Source: Vicugna vicugna (lineage: Eukaryota). From it: 64,000 bases of DNA. The stretch spans positions 374,001-438,000 of the forward strand of contig MU057781.1 of the NCBI GenBank assembly GCA_013265495.1, written 5' to 3'. A model generated the notes under the pieces. That model saw only the letters and a list, made by a program, of their open reading frames with translations, was not told the DNA's origin and searched no databases. Position 1 is the first letter of the stretch; every line of letters begins with the position of its first letter. A program made the translations under genes and the position numbers. This document shows positions 63,301-64,000 of the stretch, in pieces.

Positions 63301-64000
63301 TCTGATCAGCGTACTTTTGAGCAAGAATTTTCTCTGAATATGTTTCCCTTTTCAAAATTAACTTGTTTAAAGTGGTTCTGTTGAGTGATGGTATAATTTC
63401 ATAAATGCCTCTACGTGTAACCTGTGCATCACATGGTGAACATCCAAAGCTGGTTTTGTTCTGGAAGAAATGAGCAAATTTTGTTTTAAAGAGTTTGGAG
63501 CCTCCCATAGGTCCCCCACCAGGACTTGCACTGGGAAACTGGAGCCAGGATTTCAGCTTCACCACAAAGGATCACACCAGCTCTGGAGCCTGAGTGTCCC
63601 CAGTCCAGGTCTCAGCCCTCCCCGTGTCCTCACCCCATGTGGAGTCTCAGGGCTGCAGGACAAGGCCATACAGCTCCTCAGGGGGTGCTGACTCCAGTCG
63701 GACACATCCCTCCTAGCTGAGGGCACTGTCCCGCCCACACGCCCTCAGCTCAGGCCCCTGTTGGCTGCAGCAGAGTAACGAGAACGCCTCTCCGAGGGGC
63801 CGGCCTCCCTGCGCTGGACCCGGAAGCTCTGTGTGCCCAGCAGCTCTTCAGGCAAACAGCATGAGTGCTTCCGGCCTCACCCACATCCTCACTGGTCTCG
63901 AAACACCCAAAGACAGGGTCATCAGGTCCCCATTTCACAGAGGCACTTCAGAGTCTTGAAATAAGAAGTAAACATGTGCTTAAAGAGCAGCTTCTGCTGA

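Noticed and set aside
1..64000. A novel multi-gene system, tRNA/rRNA/known miRNA genes, or a named host gene
   Set aside because: No supportable coding exons or RNA genes were recognised. All protein-like similarity traces to decayed L1 or ERVL. Small exons of a large gene cannot be excluded without alignment.

Overview
GC- and CpG-rich placental-mammal genomic DNA with one 136-N assembly gap. It is probably camelid or another cetartiodactyl, judged from the style of the youngest L1 3' ends; this is an inference. I recognise no host protein-coding gene, RNA gene or CRISPR array. The long ORFs in the track are GC-rich chance ORFs, (CA)n artefacts or decayed transposon remnants. The window looks like a gene desert or large intron of a subtelomere-type isochore. 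It contains several LINE-1 copies of different ages (one with an almost complete decayed ORF2), MaLR (MLT1) and ERVL (MLT2) solo LTRs, a MER41-like LTR and an ERVL protease/RT fragment. It also has hAT MITEs, MIR/L2 relics, simple repeats and minisatellites, orphan CpG islands, and AT-rich homeodomain-motif-dense islands that look like developmental enhancers. The most notable observations are a possible ~3 kb inversion splitting one L1, old L1 sequence converted into CpG-island-like DNA (a GC-biased gene conversion signature), an L1 lacking ORF1, and the candidate enhancer islands. I found no evidence for a novel gene system. Repeat family names come from remembered consensus sequences, not from a database search.
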